From IMG/VR virus record IMGVR_UViG_3300040796_000034, positions 32,001 to 96,000 of that record: DNA of 64,000 nucleotides; one strand, given 5' to 3'. Positions 7,517 to 17,461 of the stretch are shown here, piece after piece. The stretch comes from a virus. The position numbers and the translations under genes are program-made. The first letter of the stretch is position 1, and each line of letters opens with the position of its first letter. Below the pieces are notes generated by a model that worked only from the letters and a program-made list of their open reading frames with translations, was not told the origin of the DNA and did not search any database.

Positions 7517-9670
7517 TTATCCCCCAAATACAATAGCGTACTCTAGTGACGTATTCTCAATTGCAGTCATTACTTCATTAGTTATCCGATTGTTTACAGT
7601 AGCTATTTCCGCAGTTATTTCATCTCGGATATTTTGATTAAAGGTATAAGTTTTTATAACCCAAAGACCCCCTTCTCCAGATGCTAGATTACTAGGTTTC
7701 CAAGTAGTTGTATTATTACCAGAGCTTGTATTATAAGCATCATAGACTATTTCTTCTTTACTATTGTCACTGTAAATAATTTTAGACTCTGTACCGTCAT
7801 ACAACGTCGTAGAAGGTATTGAAGTTAAAATACTCTCGTGTATAGGTGCAATAAAGTAAGCCATGTTATCAAGTGATTCTATTAAGGAATACTTAAGTTC
7901 ATAGCAAATATTATCTTCAAAAGTTTTCAAATATTCTGGTAAATGCCGAATACTTGTAATAGTATCTCCTTCATAAAGAAAACTGTAATAAACAGAATGT
8001 GTACCTGTTGTAAAATTAGTACCTCCTGATACAGAGCTTACCGTAGTAATATTCTTAACCTCATACAAGTTAAAGTAAACATCTGTATTTGTAGGTAGTG
8101 AAGTAATAACAGTACCTATGTTGTAATCAGTAATCTCAAATACTTCAGAAGACAGTGTATTATTAATTGGCAAAGTGTATCTTCGTATTTCACTATCAGA
8201 ATTTCTAACGATATAGATGTTAATACTCTTTACAGCAAAGGTACATAAAGAGTTAGCAATAACATCCGGGTAATCTGTCCTAACCTTTGTCGGGTAATTT
8301 ATCGTGATTTGCAGTTTATTAAGGCTTGAAGCTACGTTAACGTTCTTAGAGGTAGAAAGACTCGATTCTCCGGGTAAAGTACCTACAACGGCTCGTAAAG
8401 CGCTGCTAGGTGACAGTGAATCAACCGTAGTTGCATAAGCGGTTCCATCTCTATTAATGGCAATCTTATTTAAACTACTATCTTCAAGTCCGTAGAGGGT
8501 CTGTTCACCTTGTAAAGGAAATGAGTATGACTGTATTAAACCACTACCTGACTGTACAATACATGAATATCCTTGTGAAGGTAATACTCTCATGTAATCC
8601 CCTGTACTTAACATGATGTTTCCTAGTATTTCTCCTGATTCATTAAAGACTCCATTCTCTTCACTAAAATAAAGTAAAATGCTTATTAAACTTTCACTAG
8701 GAATATATCTAAGTATTTCATAACTATTAAAACTTAATCGTACTACAACATAGTAGGCTTTATTTACATCTAAGTCATCTTCTAAATATAGTTCAGTTTC
8801 TTCAGAGTTGTACATAACCTCTGTATCTAAATAGTTAAAGATAAAAGAATCATCATTAAGCGTTGTTTGTAATTCACCTGTATCTAGGTGTACATAACCT
8901 TTAAAAGTTAAATAGAGCTTACCAGAAAAAAGAGAAGACTTGTTAATAGCATCTACAAAGACACTTGCTGATATACGAGTACCTTTAATAATTAAGTCAC
9001 TACCACTTAACCACAAATGAATCTCTTCAGAGTTACTACCGTCGCCTGAGTAAGTAGAGTAGTAACTTGAATCTACTGTATTACTAGAGATGTCGTATCT
9101 ACAACCATCTACAGCATAAACATCTGAAAGGTATATAGACCAACCTCCTCGTATTTTCCATCTATAACCATTATCAGAGAGTAAGACATTAAAACCATCA
9201 ACTAGGGTAGTAGTATCTAGTTCATCATATTCATAAATAAAACCTGTACTTGCAAAACCTCTTAACATACCGTGGGTGTACAAGGTTACATTAGCTGGAG
9301 CATCAAGTATTGCCTCAGTAGTTAGTAATATGTCATCATTAATGATTACCTCTAATGGATATACACCTGTATTAGGTATTCGACATATCTGATTAAAAGA
9401 TTCTAAAGCTGTTGTATTTGAAATACCTATGACATAGCTAGTCCAGTATTCTCCTGTATTCTCTGCTGTACTGTTAATAGTAAAAGTAATGCTGTCACCA
9501 TCTAAGATAGAGATAGGTGAAGATATAATATTGTAATTTCTACCAATACGGTTGTATGCACATATTGAGAAGTAGTAAATACCTGATGATAGATTACCTC
9601 CTGTATTAGTAGTTATAGTCCAATCTGCATTATCTAGCCTTACTCGGCCATTTGCGTACATAAGTGTCAT
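7517..9670 (-). CDS. Tail tip / fibre-like structural protein
   Basis: 717 aa, Ser/Thr/Tyr-rich and beta-prone, at the distal end of the tail module; ends YAIVFGG, as many fibre proteins do. Confidence 0.55.
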   Translation of the reverse strand: MTLMYANGRVRLDNADWTITTNTGGNLSSGIYYFSICAYNRIGRNYNIISSPISILDGDSITFTINSTAENTGEYWTSYVIGISNTTALESFNQICRIPNTGVYPLEVIINDDILLTTEAILDAPANVTLYTHGMLRGFASTGFIYEYDELDTTTLVDGFNVLLSDNGYRWKIRGGWSIYLSDVYAVDGCRYDISSNTVDSSYYSTYSGDGSNSEEIHLWLSGSDLIIKGTRISASVFVDAINKSSLFSGKLYLTFKGYVHLDTGELQTTLNDDSFIFNYLDTEVMYNSEETELYLEDDLDVNKAYYVVVRLSFNSYEILRYIPSESLISILLYFSEENGVFNESGEILGNIMLSTGDYMRVLPSQGYSCIVQSGSGLIQSYSFPLQGEQTLYGLEDSSLNKIAINRDGTAYATTVDSLSPSSALRAVVGTLPGESSLSTSKNVNVASSLNKLQITINYPTKVRTDYPDVIANSLCTFAVKSINIYIVRNSDSEIRRYTLPINNTLSSEVFEITDYNIGTVITSLPTNTDVYFNLYEVKNITTVSSVSGGTNFTTGTHSVYYSFLYEGDTITSIRHLPEYLKTFEDNICYELKYSLIESLDNMAYFIAPIHESILTSIPSTTLYDGTESKIIYSDNSKEEIVYDAYNTSSGNNTTTWKPSNLASGEGGLWVIKTYTFNQNIRDEITAEIATVNNRITNEVMTAIENTSLEYAIVFGG

Positions 9671-9840
9671 CGAATGTTAACCTTGTTTGTAATGTTTTTA
9701 TTTGATTTGTCAAGCCTATAGATTACTTCACCTTTAACTAAGATTTCTGTAAATCTAGCTTGTGTATTAACAGTAGGTCTATAGACTTGCATAAACTCTT
9801 GTAGTTTATTATATAGCTCTTGATTAGTTATGTCCGACAT
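9667..9840 (-). CDS. 57-aa hypothetical protein (tail module)
   Basis: MSDITNQELYNKLQEFMQVYRP...KVNIR*; ATGA overlap with the downstream gene. Confidence 0.6.
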   Translation of the reverse strand: MSDITNQELYNKLQEFMQVYRPTVNTQARFTEILVKGEVIYRLDKSNKNITNKVNIR

Positions 9841-9842
9841 GA

Positions 9843-12329
9843 TTAAAATTTATACCTAGATTTGTCAATATTAAAGGGAGTTGCTTGTAAAATTTTATCA
9901 TTATATTTGACATTAACTAATTGAAAAATATTATTAGGTTTTGGTATTTTTCTCTCTTTAATCTTTAAATTAACAAAAGATTCTACGCCTAAAGTTAGTT
10001 GTGTATTAGCTACGCTCTCTATGTTTTTAAAATCCAAGTTATAACCTAGTATCGAGATGTTGTGATTGATGTTAAGGATTCTACACTTGTAAGTAATGTC
10101 GTTGTATTTAACTATAAGTCTGTCACCAATCTCATAATCCAAACTAAAAAAAGTAGTTAAGTTTAAACTCTCTTCCTGTAAAGTACGTTTAATTCGTAAG
10201 TCTGTTTCAGCAGCAGCGAAAGCTTTCTGTTTTGTATCTACATCAAAGCTTATAACTCCTTTCACGGGGTCTTTATCTGTAAAAGAATCTGTGTAAATTA
10301 AATACTCTATATCGTCTTTTTTTCTTGTACGATTGCCAGAAGTATGTTGACTACTGTCTTTACTTATTTCATCTTTATTGTAAAAATACAAGGGTTTAGC
10401 TTTATGTTGACCGGGTTCACCTGATGAAATCTCTGTCTGTGTATTTTCTGAACTATTTCTAAAACCATCATCTTGTGCTGAGTATTCTGTCGTGAAAGTA
10501 GTATAGCTGTATTCTTTTATATCAGGTTTAATAGATAAATCTGTTTGAACCCTACCTTCTCCATTGGTTACATCGTCAAACTGATATAGTACAGAGTTAT
10601 CTCCAGAAACTTGAACCCTACGACGTATTTGTGTGTCTTTTCCAACGGTTAGCGGAGGCAGTAAAGTTATTGGGTCTGCATCGGGGTCGTTAGCTGCCGC
10701 TTGTTCCTCTATCTCTCTTCTAAGGGCTATATTCTCAGGGTTTTCTATTTTATCAAAACAACTGTATATCGTCTCTTCAGCTAGCATAAACATTGGTTCA
10801 ATATAGTTAGGGTCTCGTACAGAACCTAACTGAAGATTTCCTTGAGAATCACAGTAGTAGAAAGTTATGTAAGGTAGTAGATGTCGATATGAGTTAAAGT
10901 AGTCTCTAAGTTGACCTAGTTTGTATCTAGTATATCCTCTAACAGAGACAGTCCTATACAGGTATGTATTTAAAAATGCTTGTATCTCTGCGGCATCTTC
11001 ATCTTCAGGCTCTAGTTCAGCTAGCTCTTGCTGATACACCCAAGTTTCTAAAGCATTAGTCTCAGCCTTAAAACGACATCTCTTCCACCCAGTTATATTA
11101 TTGCCTAAGTAGTATCCAGTAAACTTGTCATAGATATATTCAGTTTGTTGATATTCAATCTGTCTCCAAACACTTCCAGGGCCATTTATCTCAAATTTAG
11201 CTTCATCACCATTCACTACAATATGGTCTTTACTAACGTATTCAAAACCGTAAGTAGATATTTCCTCAAACAATATATTTTTTTCACCTTTAAAACCTAT
11301 CTCATAAGTAGTCTTAATCCGTTGTTTACGAGGGCCTGAGTTATCAAAGGTTAAATCTAGAGTCTTAATAACTCCTTCAATACTAGGAGGGCTATTATAG
11401 GTCTCATCTCCACTATATTCTGTTTTTGTTTTAGGATTCTTTTTTACAAATCTAGGTATCCCTTTTGTGTCTGTAAAGTCTTCTTCACTATTACTCCAAG
11501 TAAGTAAGTAAGGGTCATATTTAATCTGTACACCTTGTTTAGAATAACTAACACCTGTATCTTCAATAACAGTAGTGTCATCTAATTTATGCTTAGAAAC
11601 TCTATCCCAATCTCTTAGCTCAACAGATTTGCCAATATAGACAAAGGATTTGTTTTTTCGACTCTCTGCCTGTAAAAGATTGTTAAAGGTACTTGATGCC
11701 TTTGTATTTTGCTTATCTACTTCGATTTTATGATTAAGTCCTTTGTACTTTACATCAGCTTTACGAGCTAATTTAGAAAGACTGACTTCGTATTTATCCT
11801 TATCTTTTTTACTTTCACTAAAATTAACAACTTCAACATTATTGTAACTGCAAGTTTTATCATTCTTATTAAGTAAGTATATCTGAGTATTAAGACCTTT
11901 TGTCCAATAAGAATCTAGTGAAATATTAAATACAAATCTGCCTTTAGGGTTTATAACTCTTGGGTTACTTTGATAATTTATGTAGCTTACTCTATATGGA
12001 ATATTAAAAAGAGTAATCTTTCTATCTTCTTTCGTAAAATACTTGTACACATCATCATAAGCCCCCCTATCACATTCTAGTGTCATACTAACTCTAGGAC
12101 TATTTTCAAAGGACATACTAATACTGACATTTCCCCAAAGCTTTAAGTCAGTAAAAAGTTTAGGTGTGTCAATCTTATTGGTGTACAGCTTTTCAGTAAG
12201 GCTTACATAGCGTATATAGTTAACATCACTGTAGTTATGTAAATCTAAATACAATTCGTTTAAAGATGTGTCAACTTTATAACTTGGTTGCACGAGTCCT
12301 AGTAAAGGCTGTATGTTAGTTAATTTCAT
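9843..12329 (-). CDS. Tail/baseplate hub-like protein
   Basis: 828 aa; C-terminal 'YEIGDRLIVKY...RILNINHNI' resembles hub/late-control-D ends; position in tail module. Confidence 0.5.
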   Translation of the reverse strand: MKLTNIQPLLGLVQPSYKVDTSLNELYLDLHNYSDVNYIRYVSLTEKLYTNKIDTPKLFTDLKLWGNVSISMSFENSPRVSMTLECDRGAYDDVYKYFTKEDRKITLFNIPYRVSYINYQSNPRVINPKGRFVFNISLDSYWTKGLNTQIYLLNKNDKTCSYNNVEVVNFSESKKDKDKYEVSLSKLARKADVKYKGLNHKIEVDKQNTKASSTFNNLLQAESRKNKSFVYIGKSVELRDWDRVSKHKLDDTTVIEDTGVSYSKQGVQIKYDPYLLTWSNSEEDFTDTKGIPRFVKKNPKTKTEYSGDETYNSPPSIEGVIKTLDLTFDNSGPRKQRIKTTYEIGFKGEKNILFEEISTYGFEYVSKDHIVVNGDEAKFEINGPGSVWRQIEYQQTEYIYDKFTGYYLGNNITGWKRCRFKAETNALETWVYQQELAELEPEDEDAAEIQAFLNTYLYRTVSVRGYTRYKLGQLRDYFNSYRHLLPYITFYYCDSQGNLQLGSVRDPNYIEPMFMLAEETIYSCFDKIENPENIALRREIEEQAAANDPDADPITLLPPLTVGKDTQIRRRVQVSGDNSVLYQFDDVTNGEGRVQTDLSIKPDIKEYSYTTFTTEYSAQDDGFRNSSENTQTEISSGEPGQHKAKPLYFYNKDEISKDSSQHTSGNRTRKKDDIEYLIYTDSFTDKDPVKGVISFDVDTKQKAFAAAETDLRIKRTLQEESLNLTTFFSLDYEIGDRLIVKYNDITYKCRILNINHNISILGYNLDFKNIESVANTQLTLGVESFVNLKIKERKIPKPNNIFQLVNVKYNDKILQATPFNIDKSRYKF

Positions 12330-12564
12330 TTATCAACACTCCATTAACATATATTGATTGAATAACCTCTCGGTCTTGTAGTGAAAAGAATACACGATAA
12401 CCTCCTGATGAAATACCATAGTCATTAAGTCGAGTAAACTCTGTTTTAAACGTACCTTTTTCAATTAGTCGATATAAGGTATTATTAACAGTTGTATTGG
12501 TTAGCTTAAATAAAGGAGATGGGTGTATATTTGTATTGTCTGTATTAGGTTTATAAAGAAACAT
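12316..12564 (-). CDS. Hypothetical protein, coupled to upstream PatS-like ORF
   Basis: 82-aa ORF whose ATG overlaps the TAA of 12564..12590 (TAATG). Confidence 0.65.
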   Translation of the reverse strand: MFLYKPNTDNTNIHPSPLFKLTNTTVNNTLYRLIEKGTFKTEFTRLNDYGISSGGYRVFFSLQDREVIQSIYVNGVLINEIN

Positions 12565-12590
12565 TATCTACCAGAACCTCTTTCAGTCAT
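12564..12590 (-). CDS. patS: PatS-like heterocyst-inhibitory micropeptide MTERGSGR
   Basis: Reverse complement reads ATG ACT GAA AGA GGT TCT GGT AGA TAA. The C-terminal ERGSGR is identical to the PatS/HetN HetR-binding motif; promoter upstream and stop/start overlap downstream. Confidence 0.75.
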   Translation of the reverse strand: MTERGSGR

Positions 12591-12620
12591 ATTTCTGTCG
12601 TAATTAATTACAATAAAATA

Positions 12621-12629
12621 ATTGTAACA
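12621..12629 (-). promoter_or_regulatory. Extended -10 promoter for the patS-like ORF
   Basis: Minus strand TG-T-TACAAT, about 30 nt upstream of ATG 12590. Confidence 0.5.
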
Positions 12630-12696
12630 CTAATACCTTCACTAAAAGCCCTGTAACGTCTATTAGATATCTTTAGGTAAAAAATTACAGGAAAAA

Positions 12697-12725
12697 TTGA
12701 ATAGATGCCTTTACAAGGCTATTAG
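12697..12725 (+). promoter_or_regulatory. Possible sigma70-type promoter for the plus-strand island
   Basis: TTGAAT-17 bp-TATTAG, followed by hairpin TCTTCCC/GGGAAGA (12765-12785) and AAGGAG RBS before 12863. Confidence 0.35.
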
Positions 12726-12862
12726 CAACAGGTACGTTAAGATATGAAACTTAAGAGACATGAATCTTCCCGTAAGCAGGGAAGAAACGATAAAGGCAGA
12801 AATTCATCTGCTAGATTGAGACAACTGAAAAAACAAAGACAAATATTAAGGAGCAAACTTAA

Positions 12863-13324
12863 ATGACAAATACAACAGATTATAAAATATTATTCACAGA
12901 ATTTACAAACAATGAGATGTTCACTCTTTATTGTGATGATGGGTTTTTACGAAAAGGTGTAGTTAACAAAGGTATCTATCTAACAACATTACCTGAATGG
13001 GGTGGTTTTTTACATTCTGGAATGATGGTACAATCTGATAAAAATGAGTTAGTTAACTCTGCTAGTAAGTTAGACTATGGTATTTACTTGTATTGGATGA
13101 TATGGTTGTACAAAAGTCCAGAGTTATTTAATGAACTATTTGTTAAATCAGATAATGTATCAGAAGATATAGATTACAAGAAAGAATTTGATGACCTTTA
13201 TGAAGAGTTTAAAATACTCGAAGATAACTATGATATGTTAAAAGAGTCTTATGATTATTTACGAAAGATTCAACACAAAGAAAACCAGATGATAGAACAA
13301 GATTTAGGAACTGAATATGATTAA
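12863..13324 (+). CDS. Hypothetical protein
   Basis: 153-aa ORF with AAGGAG RBS and coiled-coil C-terminus. Confidence 0.7.
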   Translation: MTNTTDYKILFTEFTNNEMFTLYCDDGFLRKGVVNKGIYLTTLPEWGGFLHSGMMVQSDKNELVNSASKLDYGIYLYWMIWLYKSPELFNELFVKSDNVSEDIDYKKEFDDLYEEFKILEDNYDMLKESYDYLRKIQHKENQMIEQDLGTEYD

Positions 13325-13679
13325 TAATTTTAAAATTACAAGCATTGTACCCATTGAAGCTGATTATGAAATTGAAATAGATATCTGTACACTAGAATCT
13401 TTTGTTAGTAGTACACCTGCGATTAACTTAGCTTACGACGAAGCTGAGATACAAGCTGTTTTTGACAAACTAAAAGAGGATGACGAGTTGTGTATTGACA
13501 ATTTAAGTTTAGATGAAAAGGAAATTCTTCAGATAACTCTTGAAAATTATATAGAATATCAACAGAGAAGTTTTTCCACTGTTTTTGACCTTAAGAATCT
13601 TACAAACATAGAGTTTACTTCCTGTGACATTGTAGATACTACTCACCTAGATTGTTCAGAGTATGAAAAAGTTAAATGA
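13317..13679 (+). CDS. Hypothetical acidic protein
   Basis: 120 aa, overlaps both neighbours. Confidence 0.65.
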   Translation: MINNFKITSIVPIEADYEIEIDICTLESFVSSTPAINLAYDEAEIQAVFDKLKEDDELCIDNLSLDEKEILQITLENYIEYQQRSFSTVFDLKNLTNIEFTSCDIVDTTHLDCSEYEKVK

Positions 13680-14005
13680 AAACTAAACTACAATTACCGA
13701 CTGTTCAATTTAAAGAAATAGAGATAGATTTAGATGAACTAGAAAATTTTTGTGAAACTCAAAGTATCTCTTCTCTTAAGAAAGACTTCTGGTATCGTTT
13801 AAGTGGTGAAATACATAGATACAAAGCAGGTAAGTCTTATCGTAATTACTTAGAAGAGTTTTTAGAAGGTGTTTATTTTTTTTTAAAATCTGTTTATCCA
13901 GATGTGTATGAAGAATACTTTGACCCGTATTTTGAATATGAAGAAGGTCATATCGATACACAGCTTTGTAAAATAATACAAGATATGAAAGATTTAAACG
14001 AGTAG
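13676..14005 (+). CDS. Hypothetical protein
   Basis: 109 aa, ATGA overlap with the previous gene. Confidence 0.65.
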   Translation: MKTKLQLPTVQFKEIEIDLDELENFCETQSISSLKKDFWYRLSGEIHRYKAGKSYRNYLEEFLEGVYFFLKSVYPDVYEEYFDPYFEYEEGHIDTQLCKIIQDMKDLNE

Positions 14006-14032
14006 GAGGCTTGTTAGCCCTAGTTATTATAT

Positions 14033-14112
14033 AGGGATTCTTTAAAGAATCCCTGAATGCCTTTCTACATAAGAGTTACAGCAAATGACTAAATCCCGAA
14101 AACCTGGGATTT
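14033..14112. repeat. Perfect 22-bp palindrome plus a second inverted repeat with the same half-site
   Basis: AGGGATTCTTTAAAGAATCCCT (14033-14054) and AAATCCC-N8-GGGATTT (14091-14112). Confidence 0.85.
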
Positions 14113-14139
14113 TCTTTTCACTAAACAAACGAAAAAAAA

Positions 14140-14574
14140 ATGAATAAATTAGAAAGTGAATACCTGACAAAAAACAGTATTAGCTTAAATGATTGGTTAG
14201 ACATACTGACTTTAGTAGGTAGCTCTACTTATCTTAAAATTAATCAAGATTGTAGCGAAGCTAAACTTACTCGAACTAAATACTACAAAATTCTTAAAAA
14301 ATTTAAAGACGCTGACTTAGTTAAACAGGTTAAAGGTGAATACCGCTTAAATCCTTATTTCTACTTGCGTAATGACTGTAGTAAGGCTCTTGCTACCAAA
14401 TTACAGAACGAGTGGGATAATGAGCCTGAGAAGGGTAAATCAGAGCATCTACCGAAGACTATAACAGACCCGGTTACAGGAGAACTTTATCTTTATGACG
14501 ATAGTGAAGTAAGACCAATGGATAAAACACTAGGTTGGTACAGACCTGCAACTGTTGAGGATTATGAAAACTAG
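14140..14574 (+). CDS. RepL-like winged-helix DNA-binding protein
   Basis: LTRTKYYKILKKFKDADLVKQVKGEYRLNPYF resembles the HTH + 'G.Y.INP' wing of RepL-family proteins. Confidence 0.5.
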   Translation: MNKLESEYLTKNSISLNDWLDILTLVGSSTYLKINQDCSEAKLTRTKYYKILKKFKDADLVKQVKGEYRLNPYFYLRNDCSKALATKLQNEWDNEPEKGKSEHLPKTITDPVTGELYLYDDSEVRPMDKTLGWYRPATVEDYEN

Positions 14575-14977
14575 ACCACAGACAACGGCTTGCTTAGGTG
14601 TTAAGAAACATCTCCCGGTAAACCTTAACAAATCTCAAACGACGCTTACTGCTGCTTTCTTTAGGGAAGTTTATGGGGTTGATGTTAACTCTCATTACCG
14701 TTCTTGGATTTTAAGCATACTTCTTAAGTACCCAAACATTTACTTTAGTCGTGAAAATATTCAAGAAATCGTTGACAATGAATATCATAATGTAAAAATG
14801 CGTTATAAACTATCTGATGAAGATTACTTTAGTACAATTGATTATATTAGTGACTTTGTAGAGATAGTAACAGCATTAGGTAATTATGTTCATCTTGTAA
14901 AAATAAAAGAGAATGTTCATACAGCTTATACAGCTTTTATTAAAGGAGTATATGCTGAGATTAGTTTAGATAGTTAA
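14555..14977 (+). CDS. Hypothetical protein
   Basis: About 137-140 aa; probable start at MKTRPQ. Confidence 0.6.
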   Translation: MRIMKTRPQTTACLGVKKHLPVNLNKSQTTLTAAFFREVYGVDVNSHYRSWILSILLKYPNIYFSRENIQEIVDNEYHNVKMRYKLSDEDYFSTIDYISDFVEIVTALGNYVHLVKIKENVHTAYTAFIKGVYAEISLDS

Positions 14978-15063
14978 CTGTACAAGTGAAAAATAAATAT
15001 TGAAGCAGATATATTACCCACTGATATCGAAAAAAGTTTTGATTACATTATTCAAGATTAATT

Positions 15064-17076
15064 ATGTTTGACCAATTTAAAGAAGCCTATCTTGACTATT
15101 ACAACACTCATTTACGACTACAGCAGTTTTTTAAGGTAGATGTAGATACAGATTTGTTATGGGATACCTATTTAGACTGTTTTCCTATAGAAGAAAAGCA
15201 GCATCATAACTGTTCAGCTTGTAAATACTTTATTAGAAATTACAGTAATCTTGTAACTATTGACAAAGACTGTGTTGTACGCAGTATTTGGGATGTACAA
15301 CCGTTGGTAGAGATACACCCAATCTTTAGTAAAGTATTACAAAGACTAGCTGTTGAAATATATAAGCATCCGATTAAAGATGTTTTTGTGACAGATACAA
15401 CTAAGCTTGGTGTTGACCATAACTACCAATTACTAGAGGACAAAACTTCTATACGGTGGGAACATCTATTTATTACGATTCCCAAAGAAAGTATTCAACT
15501 GGTTAAGCACTATGAAGAGATAAATCCTAAACAAGCGGCGTATAGAGACCTTCAGAGTGTCTTTAAAAGAGGTTTAGATGAGATTAGCCTGGAAACAGTT
15601 AACACTGTCTTAGATTTGATTTATGACAACAATCTGTATCGTGGTGAAGAGTTTAAATCTACTCTTGAGTCTTGGAAAAAATTAAAGACCGAGTATGAAG
15701 TAGTACATGAAGATAATAAAGTTAACTTTACTTGGTCAAAGATTTTACACACTCCTGCTACAGTATTACGATTAAGGAATAGTAGTATAGGAACTCTTTT
15801 AGTTGATATAGAGAAGTCAGAAAACATGGATGCGGCTGTAAGTAAGTTTGAGGCGTTAATGGCTCCTACGAATTATAAAAGACCTAAAGCATTAATTACT
15901 CCTCAGATGATTAAATCTGCTAAGGAACGTTTAACTGAGTTAGGTATCTTAGATTCATTACAACGGACTTTAGTAACTTCAAAAGATGTACCTGTTAAAG
16001 ATTTAATTTATCTGAATAGAGATAAGCCTAGTGATAACATTTTCGATATACTGGATAACGATGTACAACATAACCCATCTAAGCTAAAAACAAAAAAGAT
16101 TGGCTTATCAGACTTCTTAACAAAAGTTTTACCCAAATCAAGTAAAGTAGAAGTCTTATTTGAAAGGAAACACATTAGCAACTTAGTGTCTCTTGTAGGC
16201 CCTTCAGTAGAAGATTCACCTAATATCTTTAAATGGGATAACCCTTACAGTTGGACGTATCACAACGGTCTAAGCGATTCAATAAAAGAAAAAGTAAAAC
16301 AGGCTGGTGGGGAGACTGATGGCTATTTAAGGGTTTCATTAGGTTGGTCAAATTACGATGACTTAGACCTTCATATACTTGAACCAGGTCGCATTAAAAT
16401 CTATTACAGGAATAAGACATCTTGTAAAACAGGTGGTAAGCTTGATGTAGATATGAATGCAGGGGGAGGATATACTCGTACACCTGTAGAAAATATAATT
16501 TACCCTTCACAAAAAAAGATGACTGAAGGGGCTTATCTTGTAAGCGTTCACCAATTTTGTAAAAGAGAGACTAAAGACACTGGCTTCACTGTAGAAATTG
16601 AAGTAGGAAATCAATTTTATTCTTTTTCACAAAAAGACTCTCCTAAAGATTTAGCTTATGTAGATGTTGCTAAAATTTACTATTGTAGTAAAAGTGGTGA
16701 AATAACAATAAAGCCTCTTATTGATTCAGAAAGTAATATCTGTACAAGCAATGAGTGGGGTATAGACACTTACAAGTTTCACAAAGTTAATGAAATATGT
16801 TACTCACCTAATTACTGGGACAATGAAATAGGTAATAAACACATCTTCTTTTTCCTGGAAGGTTGTACAAATCAAGATGTATCAATAAGACCTTTCTTTA
16901 ATGAGTATCTTAAAAATGAGTATATGAATGATAAACGAGTCTTTGAAGTATTAGCTAATAGATTAGATGTACAACGAGTAAATAAAGAACTCTCTGGTCT
17001 AGGCTTTTCACTTACTCAAGATAATAATTTAATAGTCCGAGTAGATAGTAAACTGTACACAATTAACATCAAGTAA
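15064..17076 (+). CDS. Conserved phage protein with YfaP/DUF2135-like domain
   Basis: HHNCSAC metal-site motif; LRVSLGW..DDLDLH..EP...GGKLDVDMN...PVENI is YfaP-like. Confidence 0.6.
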   Translation: MFDQFKEAYLDYYNTHLRLQQFFKVDVDTDLLWDTYLDCFPIEEKQHHNCSACKYFIRNYSNLVTIDKDCVVRSIWDVQPLVEIHPIFSKVLQRLAVEIYKHPIKDVFVTDTTKLGVDHNYQLLEDKTSIRWEHLFITIPKESIQLVKHYEEINPKQAAYRDLQSVFKRGLDEISLETVNTVLDLIYDNNLYRGEEFKSTLESWKKLKTEYEVVHEDNKVNFTWSKILHTPATVLRLRNSSIGTLLVDIEKSENMDAAVSKFEALMAPTNYKRPKALITPQMIKSAKERLTELGILDSLQRTLVTSKDVPVKDLIYLNRDKPSDNIFDILDNDVQHNPSKLKTKKIGLSDFLTKVLPKSSKVEVLFERKHISNLVSLVGPSVEDSPNIFKWDNPYSWTYHNGLSDSIKEKVKQAGGETDGYLRVSLGWSNYDDLDLHILEPGRIKIYYRNKTSCKTGGKLDVDMNAGGGYTRTPVENIIYPSQKKMTEGAYLVSVHQFCKRETKDTGFTVEIEVGNQFYSFSQKDSPKDLAYVDVAKIYYCSKSGEITIKPLIDSESNICTSNEWGIDTYKFHKVNEICYSPNYWDNEIGNKHIFFFLEGCTNQDVSIRPFFNEYLKNEYMNDKRVFEVLANRLDVQRVNKELSGLGFSLTQDNNLIVRVDSKLYTINIK

Positions 17077-17077
17077 T

Positions 17078-17461
17078 ATGACTGACAATATCTTTTTCCT
17101 AGCTTGTTTAAATGAGTTTCGATATAATTGGAATACAGCTTCTTTTGATACAGAAGACTTGTTTAAAATTCCTCTAAAAACCTTAGATGCAGTAGCCGTT
17201 TCTCTGTATGAGGAGCTAAATAAAAGCAATGTATCCTTCATTAAGGACGTAAGCTCTGAGAATGAGTTACTTGCTCTAAAGCTTGACGTCGTGAAACAAG
17301 TAATTAAGTATCGACTTCAGTTAAAGGAAGAGGCTGAAACTGCAAAAGTGAATGCAAACAAACGTCAAGAAATCTTGGCGGTATTACACGATATGCAGAA
17401 AAATAAGCTACATTCTAAAACAGAAGAAGAGTTACTTGAGATGCTTAAGACTCTTGATTAG
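17078..17461 (+). CDS. Hypothetical coiled-coil protein, probable partner of the 670-aa protein
   Basis: 127 aa, starts 1 nt after the previous stop. Confidence 0.65.
   Translation: MTDNIFFLACLNEFRYNWNTASFDTEDLFKIPLKTLDAVAVSLYEELNKSNVSFIKDVSSENELLALKLDVVKQVIKYRLQLKEEAETAKVNANKRQEILAVLHDMQKNKLHSKTEEELLEMLKTLD

Noticed and set aside
6673-7533. ORF-track start at 7533 for the C5 methyltransferase
   Set aside because: It overlaps the upstream gene; the family-typical start MNILSLFDG is at 7512.
4964-17241. Short antisense ORFs at 4964, 11145, 13776, 15621 and 17029
   Set aside because: They lie opposite well-supported genes.
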